This document shows positions 40,162-51,059 of a DNA stretch of 64,000 nt, in pieces (position 1 is the stretch's first letter; each line of letters starts with the position of its first letter). The stretch comes from Bacteriovoracia bacterium (GTDB lineage Bacteria > Bdellovibrionota > UBA1018 > CAIPTA01). The stretch is from the NCBI GenBank assembly GCA_050246755.1, contig JBFWVL010000001.1:96001-160000 (forward strand), in the 5' to 3' direction. Under the pieces are notes generated by a model. That model was not told the origin of the DNA. It saw only the letters and a program-made list of their open reading frames with translations, and ran no database searches. Made by a program: the position numbers and the translations under genes.

Positions 40162-40315
40162 TTCTGTCCTTTAAACCCTGGGTGGCGCAACGTTTTTGCG
40201 CTCCGAAGATCATCGTAAAAGTATCGCCCATCTGAGGCCCGGTGGCAAAAAAAAGGAGCATTCCGAAGGGAGTGCGTCATGGCGTTTCTAAGAAAAAATG
40301 GTTACTGTTAGGGCA

Positions 40316-41533
40316 ATGTCAACATCGGGCGTCACCAATAAGCTCAGCTTTCCGCTATACTTGGATTGTCATTCAACTACTCCGCTCGATCCGAAAGCGC
40401 TCGAAGCGATGATGCCGTATTTAACCACCGATTTCGGCAACGCGAGCTCGAAAAGCCACTGCTTTGGCTGGAAAGCCGAATGCGCGGTGGAAAAATCCCG
40501 GGACCGGGTGGCAAAAGTGCTCGCCGCCTCGAGCCGCGAGATCGTTTTTACCAGCAGCGCCACCGAGAGCAATAATTTCGTGCTTACCGGCGTGGTGGAA
40601 AAATACGGCCATCTGGGCAAACACATCATTACCACCGAGATCGAGCATAAGTGCATCCTCTCCACGGCGAAATACCTCGAAGGCAAAGGCGTGGAAGTTA
40701 CTTACCTGCCCGTGGACAATACGGGGAAAATCCGTCTCGCCGATCTCGAAAAGGCCATTCGCCCCAGCACGATTCTAATTTCCGTGATGATGGCCAATAA
40801 CGAGACCGGCACGATTCAGCCCGTGGCGGAAATCGGTGCGCTCGCCCGTGCGCACAACGTGCTTTTTCACACCGACGCGGCCCAGGCCGTAGGAAAAATT
40901 CCGATTGACGTGAACAAAATGAACATCGATTTGCTCTCGCTTTCGGCCCATAAATTCTACGGCCCCAAAGGGGTGGGCGCGGTGTATATCCGCCGCAAAA
41001 ATCCCCGCGTGGAGATCGAGCCCTTGCTGCACGGGGGTGGGCAAGAAAATGGTTTCCGCTCGGGAACGCTGAACGTGCCCGGGATCGTGGGCATGGGCAT
41101 GGCCGCCGAAATCGCCGGCGCTCACCTCGACCAAGAAGTGGCCCGCCTTTCTTACCTCCGCGACAAACTGCACAATGGCCTGAAGGAGCAACTGGGAGAG
41201 GTTTTTCTCAACGGCCACCCCAGCGATCGCCTCCCCGGTTCGCTGAATATTTCTTTCCCCTTTATCGAGAGCGACTCGCTCGTGGCGAATCTAAAAACCA
41301 TAGCCATTTCCAGCACTTCGGCCTGCATGAGCGCGGCCGCGATCCCCTCCTACGTGCTGGCCGCCATGGGGGTTCCCGCCGAGCAAATCCATAGCTCGGT
41401 GCGCTTTGGGCTCGGCCGATTTACCACTGAGGAGGAAATCGTGTATACTATAGACACGGTGTCCCAGTGCGTGAAGCAGCTGCAAAAAGCTTCTCCGCTC
41501 TACCAACTGAGCGAAAAAGGGGCCCAAGGATAG
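40316..41533 (+). CDS. iscS: Cysteine desulfurase IscS
   Basis: LYLDCHSTTP, ANNETG, HTDAAQ, SAHKFYGPKG, SSTSAC, SSVRFGLGRFTT. Confidence 0.92.
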   Translation: MSTSGVTNKLSFPLYLDCHSTTPLDPKALEAMMPYLTTDFGNASSKSHCFGWKAECAVEKSRDRVAKVLAASSREIVFTSSATESNNFVLTGVVEKYGHLGKHIITTEIEHKCILSTAKYLEGKGVEVTYLPVDNTGKIRLADLEKAIRPSTILISVMMANNETGTIQPVAEIGALARAHNVLFHTDAAQAVGKIPIDVNKMNIDLLSLSAHKFYGPKGVGAVYIRRKNPRVEIEPLLHGGGQENGFRSGTLNVPGIVGMGMAAEIAGAHLDQEVARLSYLRDKLHNGLKEQLGEVFLNGHPSDRLPGSLNISFPFIESDSLVANLKTIAISSTSACMSAAAIPSYVLAAMGVPAEQIHSSVRFGLGRFTTEEEIVYTIDTVSQCVKQLQKASPLYQLSEKGAQG

Positions 41534-41536
41534 ATT

Positions 41537-41860
41537 ATGGTGAACCTTACTCCCGGCGCGGTTTCGAAAATCAAAGAAGTGCAGATCGCGGAACAGAAGC
41601 CCGGCTTCGTGCTGCGCGTGAGCGTGGCCGGCGGCGGCTGCAGCGGGCTCAGCTATAAATTGGATTTCGTGGACGCCCCCACCGAGAAGGACCGCGTGTT
41701 CGAAAAAGACGGCGTGAAAGTGGCCGTGGACCCCAAGAGCTACCTTTTCCTCGAGGGCATGGAGCTCGATTACTCGGGCGGCCTCAATGGTAAAGGATTC
41801 GTGTTTAACAATCCCAACGCCAAGAAGAGCTGCGGCTGCGGGAATTCATTCTCGGCATAG
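41537..41860 (+). CDS. iscA: A-type Fe-S carrier (IscA/HesB)
   Basis: GGGCSGLSY, NPNAKKSCGCGNSF. Confidence 0.93.
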   Translation: MVNLTPGAVSKIKEVQIAEQKPGFVLRVSVAGGGCSGLSYKLDFVDAPTEKDRVFEKDGVKVAVDPKSYLFLEGMELDYSGGLNGKGFVFNNPNAKKSCGCGNSFSA

Positions 41861-41895
41861 CCGAGACAAACAATCAGCCGGCATAGCCGAGACAA
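41853..41895. repeat. 17-bp direct repeat at the iscA 3' end
   Basis: CGGCATAGCCGAGACAA at 41853-41869 and 41879-41895; the first copy forms the hairpin TCTCGGC-ATA-GCCGAGA over the stop codon. Confidence 0.6.
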
Positions 41896-41912
41896 TAAAC
41901 GGCCCACCCAAG

Positions 41913-42305
41913 CTAATCCAAAAACCGCGCCCGTTCGGCGGGCGTGGGCAAGCGGCAGGTTTCCCGCTTACCAAATAAAAAATATCGATAGCGCGCCACC
42001 AGCCCGTAGAGAAAATCGCGGATCGGCCGCGGCACCACCCAAAAAATTCGAAACGCTCCCCACAGCCCACCCAGCTGCTGCAGCACCATCAGCGCGGCGT
42101 CGGATCTCTCGAAATGCTGGCCCTGCGTCCACAAAACCACCGAGCGCAGGCTCAAGCGCGCCTCCGCGGGCAAGGTGCGCTTGCCGGTTTCTCCCTGGAT
42201 GGAGGCGAACTGGAATTTCTGGTCGAGGTCGCGCTTCACCACGAAATCCACGAAGAAATTACAGAGATTGCACACGCCGTCGAAAAAAATAATCTGTTTA
42301 TCCAA
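41913..42305 (-). CDS. DCC1-like thiol-disulfide oxidoreductase (DUF393)
   Basis: FFDGVCNLCN; YGLVARYRYFLFGK..C. Confidence 0.9.
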   Translation of the reverse strand: MDKQIIFFDGVCNLCNFFVDFVVKRDLDQKFQFASIQGETGKRTLPAEARLSLRSVVLWTQGQHFERSDAALMVLQQLGGLWGAFRIFWVVPRPIRDFLYGLVARYRYFLFGKRETCRLPTPAERARFLD

Positions 42306-43005
42306 GGCCGGCCTCTTTCAGGAAACGCTCTTTGGCGTCACGGAACTTGAAGCAGAGAATTAGCTCCAAGGCATCGGGGATCCCCTGCTCCACCCTCACG
42401 CTCGATTCTAACCAAGCTCCCGCCGCGAGGCGATGAAAGAAAAAGCCGGCGGCCTCTACCCGCTCGAAAAAATCGGGGCCGTAGAGCCATTCGTCGCCGT
42501 TTTGGTCCAGGAAAGCGCGGGGGTAGGCTTTCGGATCTTCGCCGTGGAGCTCGGAGGCGCGGCGCGATTTAGGGAGGAGCATTTTCACCGTCATGAGCGC
42601 CAAACCTTCGCCTTTGAGCGCCCGGTGCGCTTCGGAGATCGCCAGATAATCGCTGCGGATAAAGGGCAGCACGCCACCACAAAGAATGAGGTCGAAGCAG
42701 TGGTCGGAGAAAGCGAGGTGGGTCACGTCCATCTGCATGGCGCGGTGGGGAAGTTTGAGTATGGAATGAAACGTGCGGTCGCGAAGATCGATGGCGGTCA
42801 CTTTCGCGGGCGTGGAGTGCTGGGCGATATAGCGGAGCTCCGGCTCGCTCGCGCCCACGGAAAGGATTTTATCGGTGGCCTTCAGCTTCACCGTACGCGC
42901 TAGCAGCAGGAACTGCAGGCGGTGCTCGGGTTTGGAGCCGCAATGAGGGCATAGGCCGGCGGGCGCAAATTCGGGAAAGGATTCTTTGCAGAGAAAACAC
43001 TGCAT
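42298..43005 (-). CDS. Class I SAM-dependent methyltransferase with N-terminal Zn ribbon
   Basis: CFLC...CPHCGS..HR; DVTHLAFSDHCFDLILC..VL. Confidence 0.75.
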   Translation of the reverse strand: MQCFLCKESFPEFAPAGLCPHCGSKPEHRLQFLLLARTVKLKATDKILSVGASEPELRYIAQHSTPAKVTAIDLRDRTFHSILKLPHRAMQMDVTHLAFSDHCFDLILCGGVLPFIRSDYLAISEAHRALKGEGLALMTVKMLLPKSRRASELHGEDPKAYPRAFLDQNGDEWLYGPDFFERVEAAGFFFHRLAAGAWLESSVRVEQGIPDALELILCFKFRDAKERFLKEAGLG

Positions 43006-43243
43006 GCTGCCATTTTAGCACAGGCGCCGCGGGCGCGAGAAATCCCTTGCCTTTGTTGAGAATGATTCTCACAATCGAAGTAGGGAGAATTCATTGCGCA
43101 TGCCGGGCTGCCTTTCGCTGGAACTGCTGCTGATTTATGCGGGGTCAGATGCAGCGGACGCGCCTTCTGCCCAGGATGAAGAAAAAGAAGAATAGCGCAG
43201 CGCTTCTTCGGCGCCGGCTAAGCGGTGCGTTATTTTAGCTGGT

Positions 43244-43774
43244 CTACTTGATTGTTGTTTGCGATTGGCGCGTGAATCCGCGGGACGCACAGGGAGACTG
43301 CCCCGTCGCCATAAATGTGCGGCGGAACCAATCCTGGATATCAACGGCTTCCGACTCCAGCGATTCATCGCCTACCGTGAAATCGGCGTGCTGGTAAGCA
43401 TACTGGATAAAATGAGCCAATTCGTGGGCCAGGGAATCATCCATGAATCGTCCGTGCCGGGCGTAGTAGGCGCCGTCGTCGATTAAATAGATCTCGTTTC
43501 GCGCATAAGCGAAAGCGTTGGAAAAGGAGTCTGGCCGGATTCCCCACTGGGGCTCGATGGCATCCTGAAATTGAGAGAGCGGAGTTTTGCTCTCCACGTA
43601 GATGGAAGGAATCGCGATGCCGGCATCCAGCGCAATATTTTTCTTCCTTGCCACCGACTCCAGAATGCACTCGGGCGAATAAGCGAGCGAAACAGGTTCC
43701 GCTCCGCCTAACGGCGAAAACAGGCTAGAGAGCAGAAACACCGACAGGAAACGGCCGATCGAAGGAAATTTCAT
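43244..43774 (-). CDS. Small secreted HExxH zincin-like protein
   Basis: Signal peptide; SLAHELAHFIQ...LESEA. Confidence 0.7.
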   Translation of the reverse strand: MKFPSIGRFLSVFLLSSLFSPLGGAEPVSLAYSPECILESVARKKNIALDAGIAIPSIYVESKTPLSQFQDAIEPQWGIRPDSFSNAFAYARNEIYLIDDGAYYARHGRFMDDSLAHELAHFIQYAYQHADFTVGDESLESEAVDIQDWFRRTFMATGQSPCASRGFTRQSQTTIK

Positions 43775-43816
43775 CCGGCCAAGCTATCCCAGGTGCTTTC
43801 TTCGATCAAATAATTA

Positions 43817-44602
43817 CTAATCCCCGCCGGAATTCGCCATCTTCTCGCGGGCCATCGCCTTCGCGCGCGCGAACTCTAAGTTCAGCGTGCGGATATTTTC
43901 GATCTTAATTTCTTTCGGGCAAGTAGCCTCACAGGCGCGGGTATTGGAGCAATTGCCAAAGCCCTCTTCATCCATGCGCGCCACCATATTCATCACGCGG
44001 TCTTCGCGTTCGGGTGCGCCCTGGGGCAAGCGGGCCAGGTGCCCTACTTTGGCCGAGACGAAGAGCATCGCCGAAGCGTTCTTGCACACGGCCACGCAGG
44101 CTCCGCAGCCGATGCAGGTGGCGGCGTCGAAGGCCCGATCGGCGTTTTCTTTTTTCACGAGGATGGCGTTCGCATCCACCGCGTTACCCACGCGCACGGA
44201 GTTATATCCCCCAGCGGCCTGAATACGGTCGAAGGCGGAGCGATCCACCACGAGGTCTTTGATCAGCGGGAAAGCTTTGGCGCGGAAAGGCTCCACCACG
44301 AGCTCGTCGCCGTCGTGGTAGTGGCGCATGAATAATTGGCAAGCCGTGGTTCCCTTCTCGGGGCCATGGGGCTGGCCATCGATCACCATATTGCAGGAAC
44401 CGCAGATTCCCTCGCGGCAATCACTCTCGAAGGCAATCGGCTCTTGGCCCTGCTTCACCAGCTTCACGTTCAACTCGTCGAGCATCTCGAGGAAGCTCAT
44501 GTCGGCGGTTACGTGGTCCACTTCGTAGCGCTCGAATTTTCCCGGGCTATTGCAGCCCTTTTGGCGCCAGATCTTCAGCTTAATTTTCATGCTTTTTTCC
44601 AT
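43817..44602 (-). CDS. sdhB: Succinate dehydrogenase/fumarate reductase Fe-S subunit
   Basis: CREGICGSC; [11 protein letters not shown]; [12 protein letters not shown]. Confidence 0.95.
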   Translation of the reverse strand: MEKSMKIKLKIWRQKGCNSPGKFERYEVDHVTADMSFLEMLDELNVKLVKQGQEPIAFESDCREGICGSCNMVIDGQPHGPEKGTTACQLFMRHYHDGDELVVEPFRAKAFPLIKDLVVDRSAFDRIQAAGGYNSVRVGNAVDANAILVKKENADRAFDAATCIGCGACVAVCKNASAMLFVSAKVGHLARLPQGAPEREDRVMNMVARMDEEGFGNCSNTRACEATCPKEIKIENIRTLNLEFARAKAMAREKMANSGGD

Positions 44603-44610
44603 GATCGCCT

Positions 44611-46527
44611 CTATTTGTAGCTACGAACGGCCAGGTGAACGTTGTCGAACTTCAATTCTTCCTTATGGCGCGCCGGCTCTTTGCCTTCGCCCATGAATTC
44701 CCAAACGCCCACGTGCGCGAAGTTTACGTCGTCGCGCTTGCACTCCCCGTCCACTTGGTATTCTTCGCGGAAATGCCCGCCGCAGCTTTCACGGCGCTCG
44801 AGGGCATCGCGGCACATCAGCTCGCCGAGCTCGAGATAATCCGCCACGCGGGTGGCGTTCTCGAGCTCCTGGTTGAGATCCTTGGAATCCCCGGGGACGC
44901 TCACGTTCTTCCAGAATTCTTTGCGCAGCTCCTGGATCAAACCGATCGCTTTCTTAAGGCCGGCTTCGTTGCGGCTCATCCCGCAGTATTCCCACATGAT
45001 CTTTCCGAGGTCGCGGTGGAACTCGAGGGCGGTTTTATTGCCCTTCACGTTCAGTAATTTCTGGATGATCGCTTCTTGCTCGCCCTTCGCCTTCTTGAAC
45101 GCTTCGTGCTCGGTCGTAATTTTCTCGAGCTTATTCGTGGCGAAGTAATTCCCGAGGGTGGAAGGAATCACGAAGTACCCATCGGCCAATCCTTGCATCA
45201 GCGCCGAGGCGCCGAGGCGGTTCGCGCCGTGGTCGGAGAAATTCGCTTCGCCGAGCACGTGCAATCCGGGAATCGTGCTCTGGAGATTATAATCCACCCA
45301 GAGACCCCCCATCGTATAGTGCACGGCCGGGTAGATCCGCATCGGTACTTTATAGGGATTTTCCCCCGTGATCTTTTCGTACATCTGGAAAAGGTTCCCA
45401 TACTTCTCGCGCACCTTATCTTCGCCGTCGCGCTGGATCACATCGCGGAAATCCAAATACACCGCCAGCTTCGAGGGCCCTACTCCGCGGCCTTCGTCGC
45501 AGGCAAACTTCGCTTGGCGGGAAGCCACGTCGCGCGGCGCGAGGTTCCCGAAGGATGGATAAATGCGCTCGAGGTAATAATCGCGCTCGGCATCGGGAAT
45601 TTCGTTCGGCGGGCGGTTATCGCCAACTTTCTTGGGCACCCAAACGCGCCCATCGTTCCGCAGCGATTCGCTCATCAAAGTTAGTTTACTCTGGTGCGTG
45701 CCCGACACGGGGATACAGGTCGGGTGGATCTGCGTGAAGCAGGGATTCGCAAACCCCGCCCCGCGCTTATGCGCGCGCCAGATCGCCGTCGCGTTGGAGT
45801 TCATCGCGTTCGTGGAAAGGTAATACACATGGCCGTAACCGCCGGTGGCCAGGATCACCGCATCCGCCGCGTGAGATTCCAGTTCTCCGGTCACGAGATT
45901 GCGCGCGATCACGCCGCGGGCCTTGCCGTCCACCATCACCAAATCGAGCATCTCGCGGCGGGAGAGCAATTCCACTCCGCCGGCGTTCACCTGCTTCATC
46001 ATCGCCGAATAAGCGCCGAGCAAAAGCTGCTGCCCGGTTTGTCCGCGGGCGTAGAAAGTCCGGGAAACCTGGGCGCCGCCGAAAGAGCGATTCGCCAGGG
46101 TGCCGCCGTATTCACGGGCGAAGGGCACGCCGAGGGCCACCGAATGGTCGATGATCTGGTTGGAAACTTCGGCCAGGCGATACACGTTCGATTCGCGGGC
46201 GCGGAAATCCCCGCCCTTCACCGTATCGTAGAAAAGCCGGTACACCGAATCGCCGTCGTTCTGGTAATTCTTCGCGGCGTTGATCCCGCCCTGGGCGGCG
46301 ATCGAGTGCGCGCGGCGGGGAGAATCGTGGATGCAAAGCGCCTTCACTTTATAACCAAGCTCCGAGAGTGAAGCCGCCGCCGAAGCCCCGGCGAGGCCCG
46401 TGCCCACCACGATCACGGAAAGTTTTCTTTTGTTCGCGGGGTTCACGAGCTTTACGTCGAACTTATGGTTCTTCCACTGCTCTTCGATCGGGCCTTCGGG
46501 ACATTTCGAATCTAAATTGAAAGGCAT
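44611..46527 (-). CDS. sdhA: Succinate dehydrogenase/fumarate reductase flavoprotein
   Basis: [39 protein letters not shown]. Confidence 0.95.
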   Translation of the reverse strand: MPFNLDSKCPEGPIEEQWKNHKFDVKLVNPANKRKLSVIVVGTGLAGASAAASLSELGYKVKALCIHDSPRRAHSIAAQGGINAAKNYQNDGDSVYRLFYDTVKGGDFRARESNVYRLAEVSNQIIDHSVALGVPFAREYGGTLANRSFGGAQVSRTFYARGQTGQQLLLGAYSAMMKQVNAGGVELLSRREMLDLVMVDGKARGVIARNLVTGELESHAADAVILATGGYGHVYYLSTNAMNSNATAIWRAHKRGAGFANPCFTQIHPTCIPVSGTHQSKLTLMSESLRNDGRVWVPKKVGDNRPPNEIPDAERDYYLERIYPSFGNLAPRDVASRQAKFACDEGRGVGPSKLAVYLDFRDVIQRDGEDKVREKYGNLFQMYEKITGENPYKVPMRIYPAVHYTMGGLWVDYNLQSTIPGLHVLGEANFSDHGANRLGASALMQGLADGYFVIPSTLGNYFATNKLEKITTEHEAFKKAKGEQEAIIQKLLNVKGNKTALEFHRDLGKIMWEYCGMSRNEAGLKKAIGLIQELRKEFWKNVSVPGDSKDLNQELENATRVADYLELGELMCRDALERRESCGGHFREEYQVDGECKRDDVNFAHVGVWEFMGEGKEPARHKEELKFDNVHLAVRSYK

Positions 46528-46528
46528 C

Positions 46529-47197
46529 TTACCCTCTCCAGAAAATATAAATGGGGTTCAAGGCAAATCCGATCGCTACGGCCCAGCCGAATACTTGGCT
46601 CACGCAAAGCAAGGCCTTCTCTTTTCCGTTCGGCACCAGCCCCAGCGTCTGAATCGAGCTCCACAGGGCATGGCTTAAGTGCAGGCCCAGCACGAACAAG
46701 CAAACCAGGTACCAAGCCACGTAGCCGCCGCTGGCGAAGATTTCCGTCATCAAGCGATGCAGATCGCGGATTTCTTTTCCGTCGTGCTGGAAGGGATACT
46801 CCACCCCGAAGCGGAATTTAATTAGGTGCAAAATAATGAATACGAAAATCAGCAGCCCCGAGTACGCCATCGTCTTCGAACCGAGCGAAGCCTGGCCCTT
46901 CGTGCCCATTCCGGGATTCACCGCGTACCCCACCGGGCGCGCCTTTCTATTTTCTAGGGAAACCAAAATTCCCAAGATGGCGTGGGCCAATAAAGAAACC
47001 GCGAGCGCTACTTCCAGGGGATAATACAGGGCCTTATTCGCGGTGATATTATGCCCGTATGCGTTATACGCATCGGCGCTCACTAGATAGAGAAGGTTGC
47101 CGGCCATATGGGTGAAGACGAAGCCGCACCAAAATAAACCAGCAATGCCCATCAGCTGCTTCTTGCCGATGGATGAACAAAGATAGGCGCCCTTCAT
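46529..47197 (-). CDS. sdhC: Succinate dehydrogenase cytochrome b subunit (single 5-TM anchor)
   Basis: SSIGKK..M...G; four conserved His in TM helices; first gene of the sdhCAB operon. Confidence 0.9.
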   Translation of the reverse strand: MKGAYLCSSIGKKQLMGIAGLFWCGFVFTHMAGNLLYLVSADAYNAYGHNITANKALYYPLEVALAVSLLAHAILGILVSLENRKARPVGYAVNPGMGTKGQASLGSKTMAYSGLLIFVFIILHLIKFRFGVEYPFQHDGKEIRDLHRLMTEIFASGGYVAWYLVCLFVLGLHLSHALWSSIQTLGLVPNGKEKALLCVSQVFGWAVAIGFALNPIYIFWRG

Positions 47198-47335
47198 ATA
47201 TTCCCCTTATGCGGTTGTGTGCGCTTTCTAAGATAGCATAAAGCCGGTTCATTTTGGACGGGTTCGCAAGATTGACGCGACTGGGCAACCCCAAAATATC
47301 CTGCACAGTGTGGATTTGTTTGGGATCATAAACCC

Positions 47336-47800
47336 ATGAAGGGTGAAAAGTTTTTCGACGTGAAAATGATCGCGCTGCTCATCGGCCTCGTTTTTCTGCT
47401 CGCCGCCATGGCCGCCCTCGGCGCGCCCTCCCTCGACAAACGCCTCTACTATACCGGCCTCGAAGCCCGCGAGTTCTTCTCCCGCCTTTCCGCGCAGGAT
47501 GCCGCCAACTACCGCCTCAACGAAATCATCGATCTCGGCTTCATCCTTCTCTATACCTTCACACTCGTGCTCACCTTCGTGCGCCTTTATCCCCGCTCCA
47601 AGCTCCTCTACTGGATCGCCTTCGCGCCGGCGGTTTTCGATCTCATCGAAACCGGTTCGATCCTTCACGTACTGAATTTCGGTGAGACATTTCCCGTGCT
47701 GAGCTGGCTGGGCGCGGCTACTTTTTTAAAGTGGGCCAGCACGGTGGTCGCGCTGGGACTGATTTTACGAGGTGGGTTGAGGAGGGTTAGTTTGGGGTGA
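47336..47800 (+). CDS. Hypothetical membrane protein
   Basis: Four hydrophobic segments; D.GFIL.Y and FDLIE motifs. Confidence 0.7.
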   Translation: MKGEKFFDVKMIALLIGLVFLLAAMAALGAPSLDKRLYYTGLEAREFFSRLSAQDAANYRLNEIIDLGFILLYTFTLVLTFVRLYPRSKLLYWIAFAPAVFDLIETGSILHVLNFGETFPVLSWLGAATFLKWASTVVALGLILRGGLRRVSLG

Positions 47801-47993
47801 GGGTTAGCTGGGATATTACCTGGCGCACGCAAACACATTGGCAAAGAGAGGTTGCGCGGCATTCTTCGTTTTGGTGCTATTGTCTCATGCGGTAGATCCT
47901 TCGGGTTTAGTGAGCGTAGCCAATAGCCAGCTAGACCAATTGAGGTAACGCACTTTTATTCACCAAATATTTTTATGCTTTCACCAATTTTAG

Positions 47994-48530
47994 CTAGAGC
48001 CCTACCACGGTTAACGGCCGATTGCCCACGCGCGTGATAAACTCCATCTTCTCTGTTTCAATTTGCCACTCTTTATCTACAAGGCGCAGTTGAAGTTCAT
48101 ATCCTGCCGTAGCACCATCCGAAGCCGTTTTTCGCAATCTGACAAAAAGTAGATCTCTTTTCTGCCAACAGAGAGACGAGATAGTTAAACGATTGTGCTT
48201 ATTTTTATCCCCAAAACCGCTCCTCAAAGATTGTCCCTTAAAAAGGGCAAATTCCTTATCTTTATAGAACCCTCTCAATGCTAAAAGAGTCGCCTCCATC
48301 TCTTCAGAAGAACTGTTATCGCTCAATAAAAATTCTTTCACCCCAGAATCTTTTGTTTTTTCTACAAAAAATTTATATGAGGCAATTTTTGCTTCTGCCG
48401 TCAAGCGCGCCTGTTCTTTCGAATCGCTATAAACGGAAGACTGGCATTTACGAGATGCGCCCTCTGCATCAAATCTCAAAAATATTGATGCCATCAAAAC
48501 TACGAAGCATACATTTAATCGCATTCTCAT
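47994..48530 (-). CDS. Secreted putative immunity protein ('LCWQ' family)
   Basis: Signal peptide; shares RL...AK, LCWQ and C-terminal strand pattern with 52466..52966. Confidence 0.6.
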   Translation of the reverse strand: MRMRLNVCFVVLMASIFLRFDAEGASRKCQSSVYSDSKEQARLTAEAKIASYKFFVEKTKDSGVKEFLLSDNSSSEEMEATLLALRGFYKDKEFALFKGQSLRSGFGDKNKHNRLTISSLCWQKRDLLFVRLRKTASDGATAGYELQLRLVDKEWQIETEKMEFITRVGNRPLTVVGL

Positions 48531-48551
48531 CTGGCACGAATAATTAGGGCG

Positions 48552-48992
48552 TTAATTCTTCGTTTGTTCGTTTTTCTTTGGAACTAAAGCCTTTGCGACT
48601 AGCTTATTCTTTTCCCGAAGCTCCACAATGAATGCATTGGGAGTTGCCAAAAAATTAACTCTGGCCGAATCGAACATGTGAGGTAAAGATCGGCTATTCT
48701 CATTATTCTGCTTAGACCGCTTAGCAAAAGACATATTTCCAGTTTGCTTCAAAAGCAGGAAGGCCGATTCAATTTCTTTTCCATTTTTATCTTTTAATAC
48801 TGCGCGCAGGTCTGTTGCAGCCGCGGACCTATGGTCTTCATCTGTTCTTTCGCGAGAATATGAAACTCTAGATAAATTTAAAGAAAATTTACCGTGGTCC
48901 TTGATCACAAGTCCCAGGATTGCGTCTTGCCCAGGCTCAATACCATGACTATTGAATGGAAAAAATAATAGACAAAAAATAATGAACTTCAT
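48552..48992 (-). CDS. Secreted hypothetical protein (putative immunity/accessory)
   Basis: Signal peptide; ATG overlaps the stop of the upstream remnant (ATGA). Confidence 0.6.
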   Translation of the reverse strand: MKFIIFCLLFFPFNSHGIEPGQDAILGLVIKDHGKFSLNLSRVSYSRERTDEDHRSAAATDLRAVLKDKNGKEIESAFLLLKQTGNMSFAKRSKQNNENSRSLPHMFDSARVNFLATPNAFIVELREKNKLVAKALVPKKNEQTKN

Positions 48993-49180
48993 TCTACCTC
49001 AAAGTTTAAATCTGCTGCGCCAGCCAATTTCAATCTAGACCATTCTCTAACTTTGATTGTTGACCAGCCGGAAGTTTTAGCTCCACTCCTAGAGCTTAGT
49101 TCCAGCCGTTTGACGTTCCTGAGAAAACCGGCCCACGCCAAATCCGTAAAAAGCCGCTTATACGCCCCTACCGACCAAAT
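48989..49180 (-). pseudogene. C-terminal remnant of an effector homologue
   Basis: Hand translation IWSVGAYKRLFTDL...KLAGAADLNFEVE* resembles the 53017 C-terminus (RWQVNVSLVPKR...VGRSAEINFSVP*); no convincing start codon/RBS. Confidence 0.5.
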
Positions 49181-49974
49181 TATTCTTTATCAAAAATCAA
49201 AATACCGAAGGCCCTGATCGTAGTAATGTCTTTTTTTACTCCAGAGAACGTGGCCTCATACTTTGTGCGCTTTAAAATCTCTCCAAGCTTAAAATCCGCC
49301 TGATTCTTCTTATTGTCATACAAATAGAGGTCGTTGTCGGCCAAGCCACTTTCAAGAAAAAGCGGCCGTGAACCTCCCGCTGACTGAGCTAGCTGGGCAC
49401 TACATTTAATTGTATCCGAGACGCCGCCCGCCCTAGAAACGATAACGCAATCTGGGGCCCGATAGAGCGCCGTAATCAGCTTGTTTCCCAAGCCGTCCAA
49501 TGCCTTTCTCGAAAAGAAAGCCGGAAAAGGCAGGATATATGAAACCTTCCGGCGCTGAACATACGCTTGAACCTCACCTTCTCCGCCATCGCCGGGGATA
49601 TTTTCAAGAGACTCGAACTCCAGCGGAAAAAGCATTATGAGCAAATAAAACACACTAAATGTAATAAAAAAAATCGGAAGAGCACTTCCCCGCACTTCGC
49701 GGAAAGCAGAAAACCTATAACGCCGCAGGCAAATCTGAAAAAATTTTACAAAGAAAAAAGCAAAGCTCGCCAGAACGCAGAGAAAAGAAATACCTTTAAA
49801 AAGGCTCGAAATAGGTACGGCAACCCAAAAATAATTGAAAAATACGAGAACTCCAAAAAATAAAATAGCCGGAATTTCAAAAACAAATAGAACCCAAAAA
49901 ATAGCGGTACTTAACAATAGAAAACTGACGTAATCCGAGCTTGGGTCTTTTAAAAATTTTCGAATTCTATTCAT
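49180..49974 (-). CDS. Membrane protein (N-terminal TMs + soluble C-terminal domain), putative immunity
   Basis: Phe-rich TM segments in the first ~115 aa; ATG overlaps the upstream remnant stop. Confidence 0.6.
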   Translation of the reverse strand: MNRIRKFLKDPSSDYVSFLLLSTAIFWVLFVFEIPAILFFGVLVFFNYFWVAVPISSLFKGISFLCVLASFAFFFVKFFQICLRRYRFSAFREVRGSALPIFFITFSVFYLLIMLFPLEFESLENIPGDGGEGEVQAYVQRRKVSYILPFPAFFSRKALDGLGNKLITALYRAPDCVIVSRAGGVSDTIKCSAQLAQSAGGSRPLFLESGLADNDLYLYDNKKNQADFKLGEILKRTKYEATFSGVKKDITTIRAFGILIFDKE

Positions 49975-50087
49975 ACCGCAATTATCTCTACGGCCCGACC
50001 ACGCATGCCGGAGGCATTTATCTTTTTAAGACTCAGTCGTCTTGTCACCAACTTAAAAGACAAATATTTAGAATCCACAAAATTCCC
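49971..50087 (-). pseudogene. Possible C-terminal remnant of an effector homologue
   Basis: GNFVDSKYLSFKLVTRRLSLKKINASGMRGRAVEIIAV*; ending resembles GRSAEINFSVP*; ATGA overlap with the next gene. Confidence 0.4.
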
Positions 50088-50098
50088 TTATCGACCAT

Positions 50099-50929
50099 CT
50101 ATTCGGCCCCGTACACTTCGATTTCACGCGTCCTGCCTTGCCCGAACCATTGAATTTTTCGAACGAGCTTTAATCCTAGCCGCGACGGCTGGTTTTTACT
50201 TAAAATTTCAACCATTGCCCTATTCGGAAAGGGGAGAACTCCCGGAAGAATCTCCCTAGAATAGACCACTGCGTCCACATGAAAATCTTTCAGGGCTAAC
50301 CGTGGCTCATTCTGACGATAAAAAAACAAAAAATATGAGGGCAGAAGAAGTAATGCTTCAAATGGTCGTATAAGAAACGCCAAAAAATAAAATACCGTAT
50401 AGCCCCACGCCTTCCCGGAGCAAAGGCAAGCTAGGGCAGATAGAGCAAAGGCGCAGAATGGCAGCTCAGACATGAATGCGCGGCTCATCCCCACGAAAAA
50501 TGGATACGTGCAGACGGTGGCTGCGCCCAGAGCGGCCGCGGCTTGGCTCAAACCCAAACCTCTTAAGACGGCCCTGCTACTGAACGTCGCTAACGCAAGT
50601 AAGGAGATGCCGAATAAAATAACCGCCGTTTCGATTGTTCCCGTTAGACAAAGAAACAAAGACCCTAGTATTGGGTGGTATGTTGAATATTGAATTTTTG
50701 AAGTAAGTAATTCATACAGCGCGGCGCCCAGTGGTCGAGTGGAAAATGTCTCCCTCCACCGGACGGCGTAGTTCCAATGGAGAAAATCATCGGATTGAAA
50801 GTCGAATGGGTTAAAATAAAAATATAGGCCAAGAAGGACACAAGGAAGAACGAGAAATATATTAGAGACCATGCACCTAAAAGAAGACTTCAGTAACGCA
50901 AATCCATTTGGGGGAAAATATGACTCCAT
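50099..50929 (-). pseudogene. Probably truncated GT-C (ArnT/PMT-like) membrane glycosyltransferase
   Basis: DD motif after TM1, RPLG, SRAFMSELPF, LIRP; only 276 aa, short for the family. Confidence 0.45.
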
Positions 50930-51059
50930 TTATCTCTTTATCCTTAAGAAAGAAAAATAAAAGACTAGGCCTACTGAAAATTCGGAATTATAAAAAATGA
51001 CAAAGAGTTCGCCCAACTAAGAACCTCCATGGCGACTCTTTTAAATTAAGAGGTCTTTA

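Noticed and set aside
41853-41895. Direct repeat as a possible CRISPR array
   Set aside because: Only two 17-bp copies with a 9-bp spacer; no cas genes.
43062-43195. Tiny ORFs MILTIEVGRIHCACRAAFRWNCC* and MPGCLSLELL...EEKEE* as possible RiPP/leader peptides
   Set aside because: No modifying enzymes nearby and weak translation signals; unsupported.
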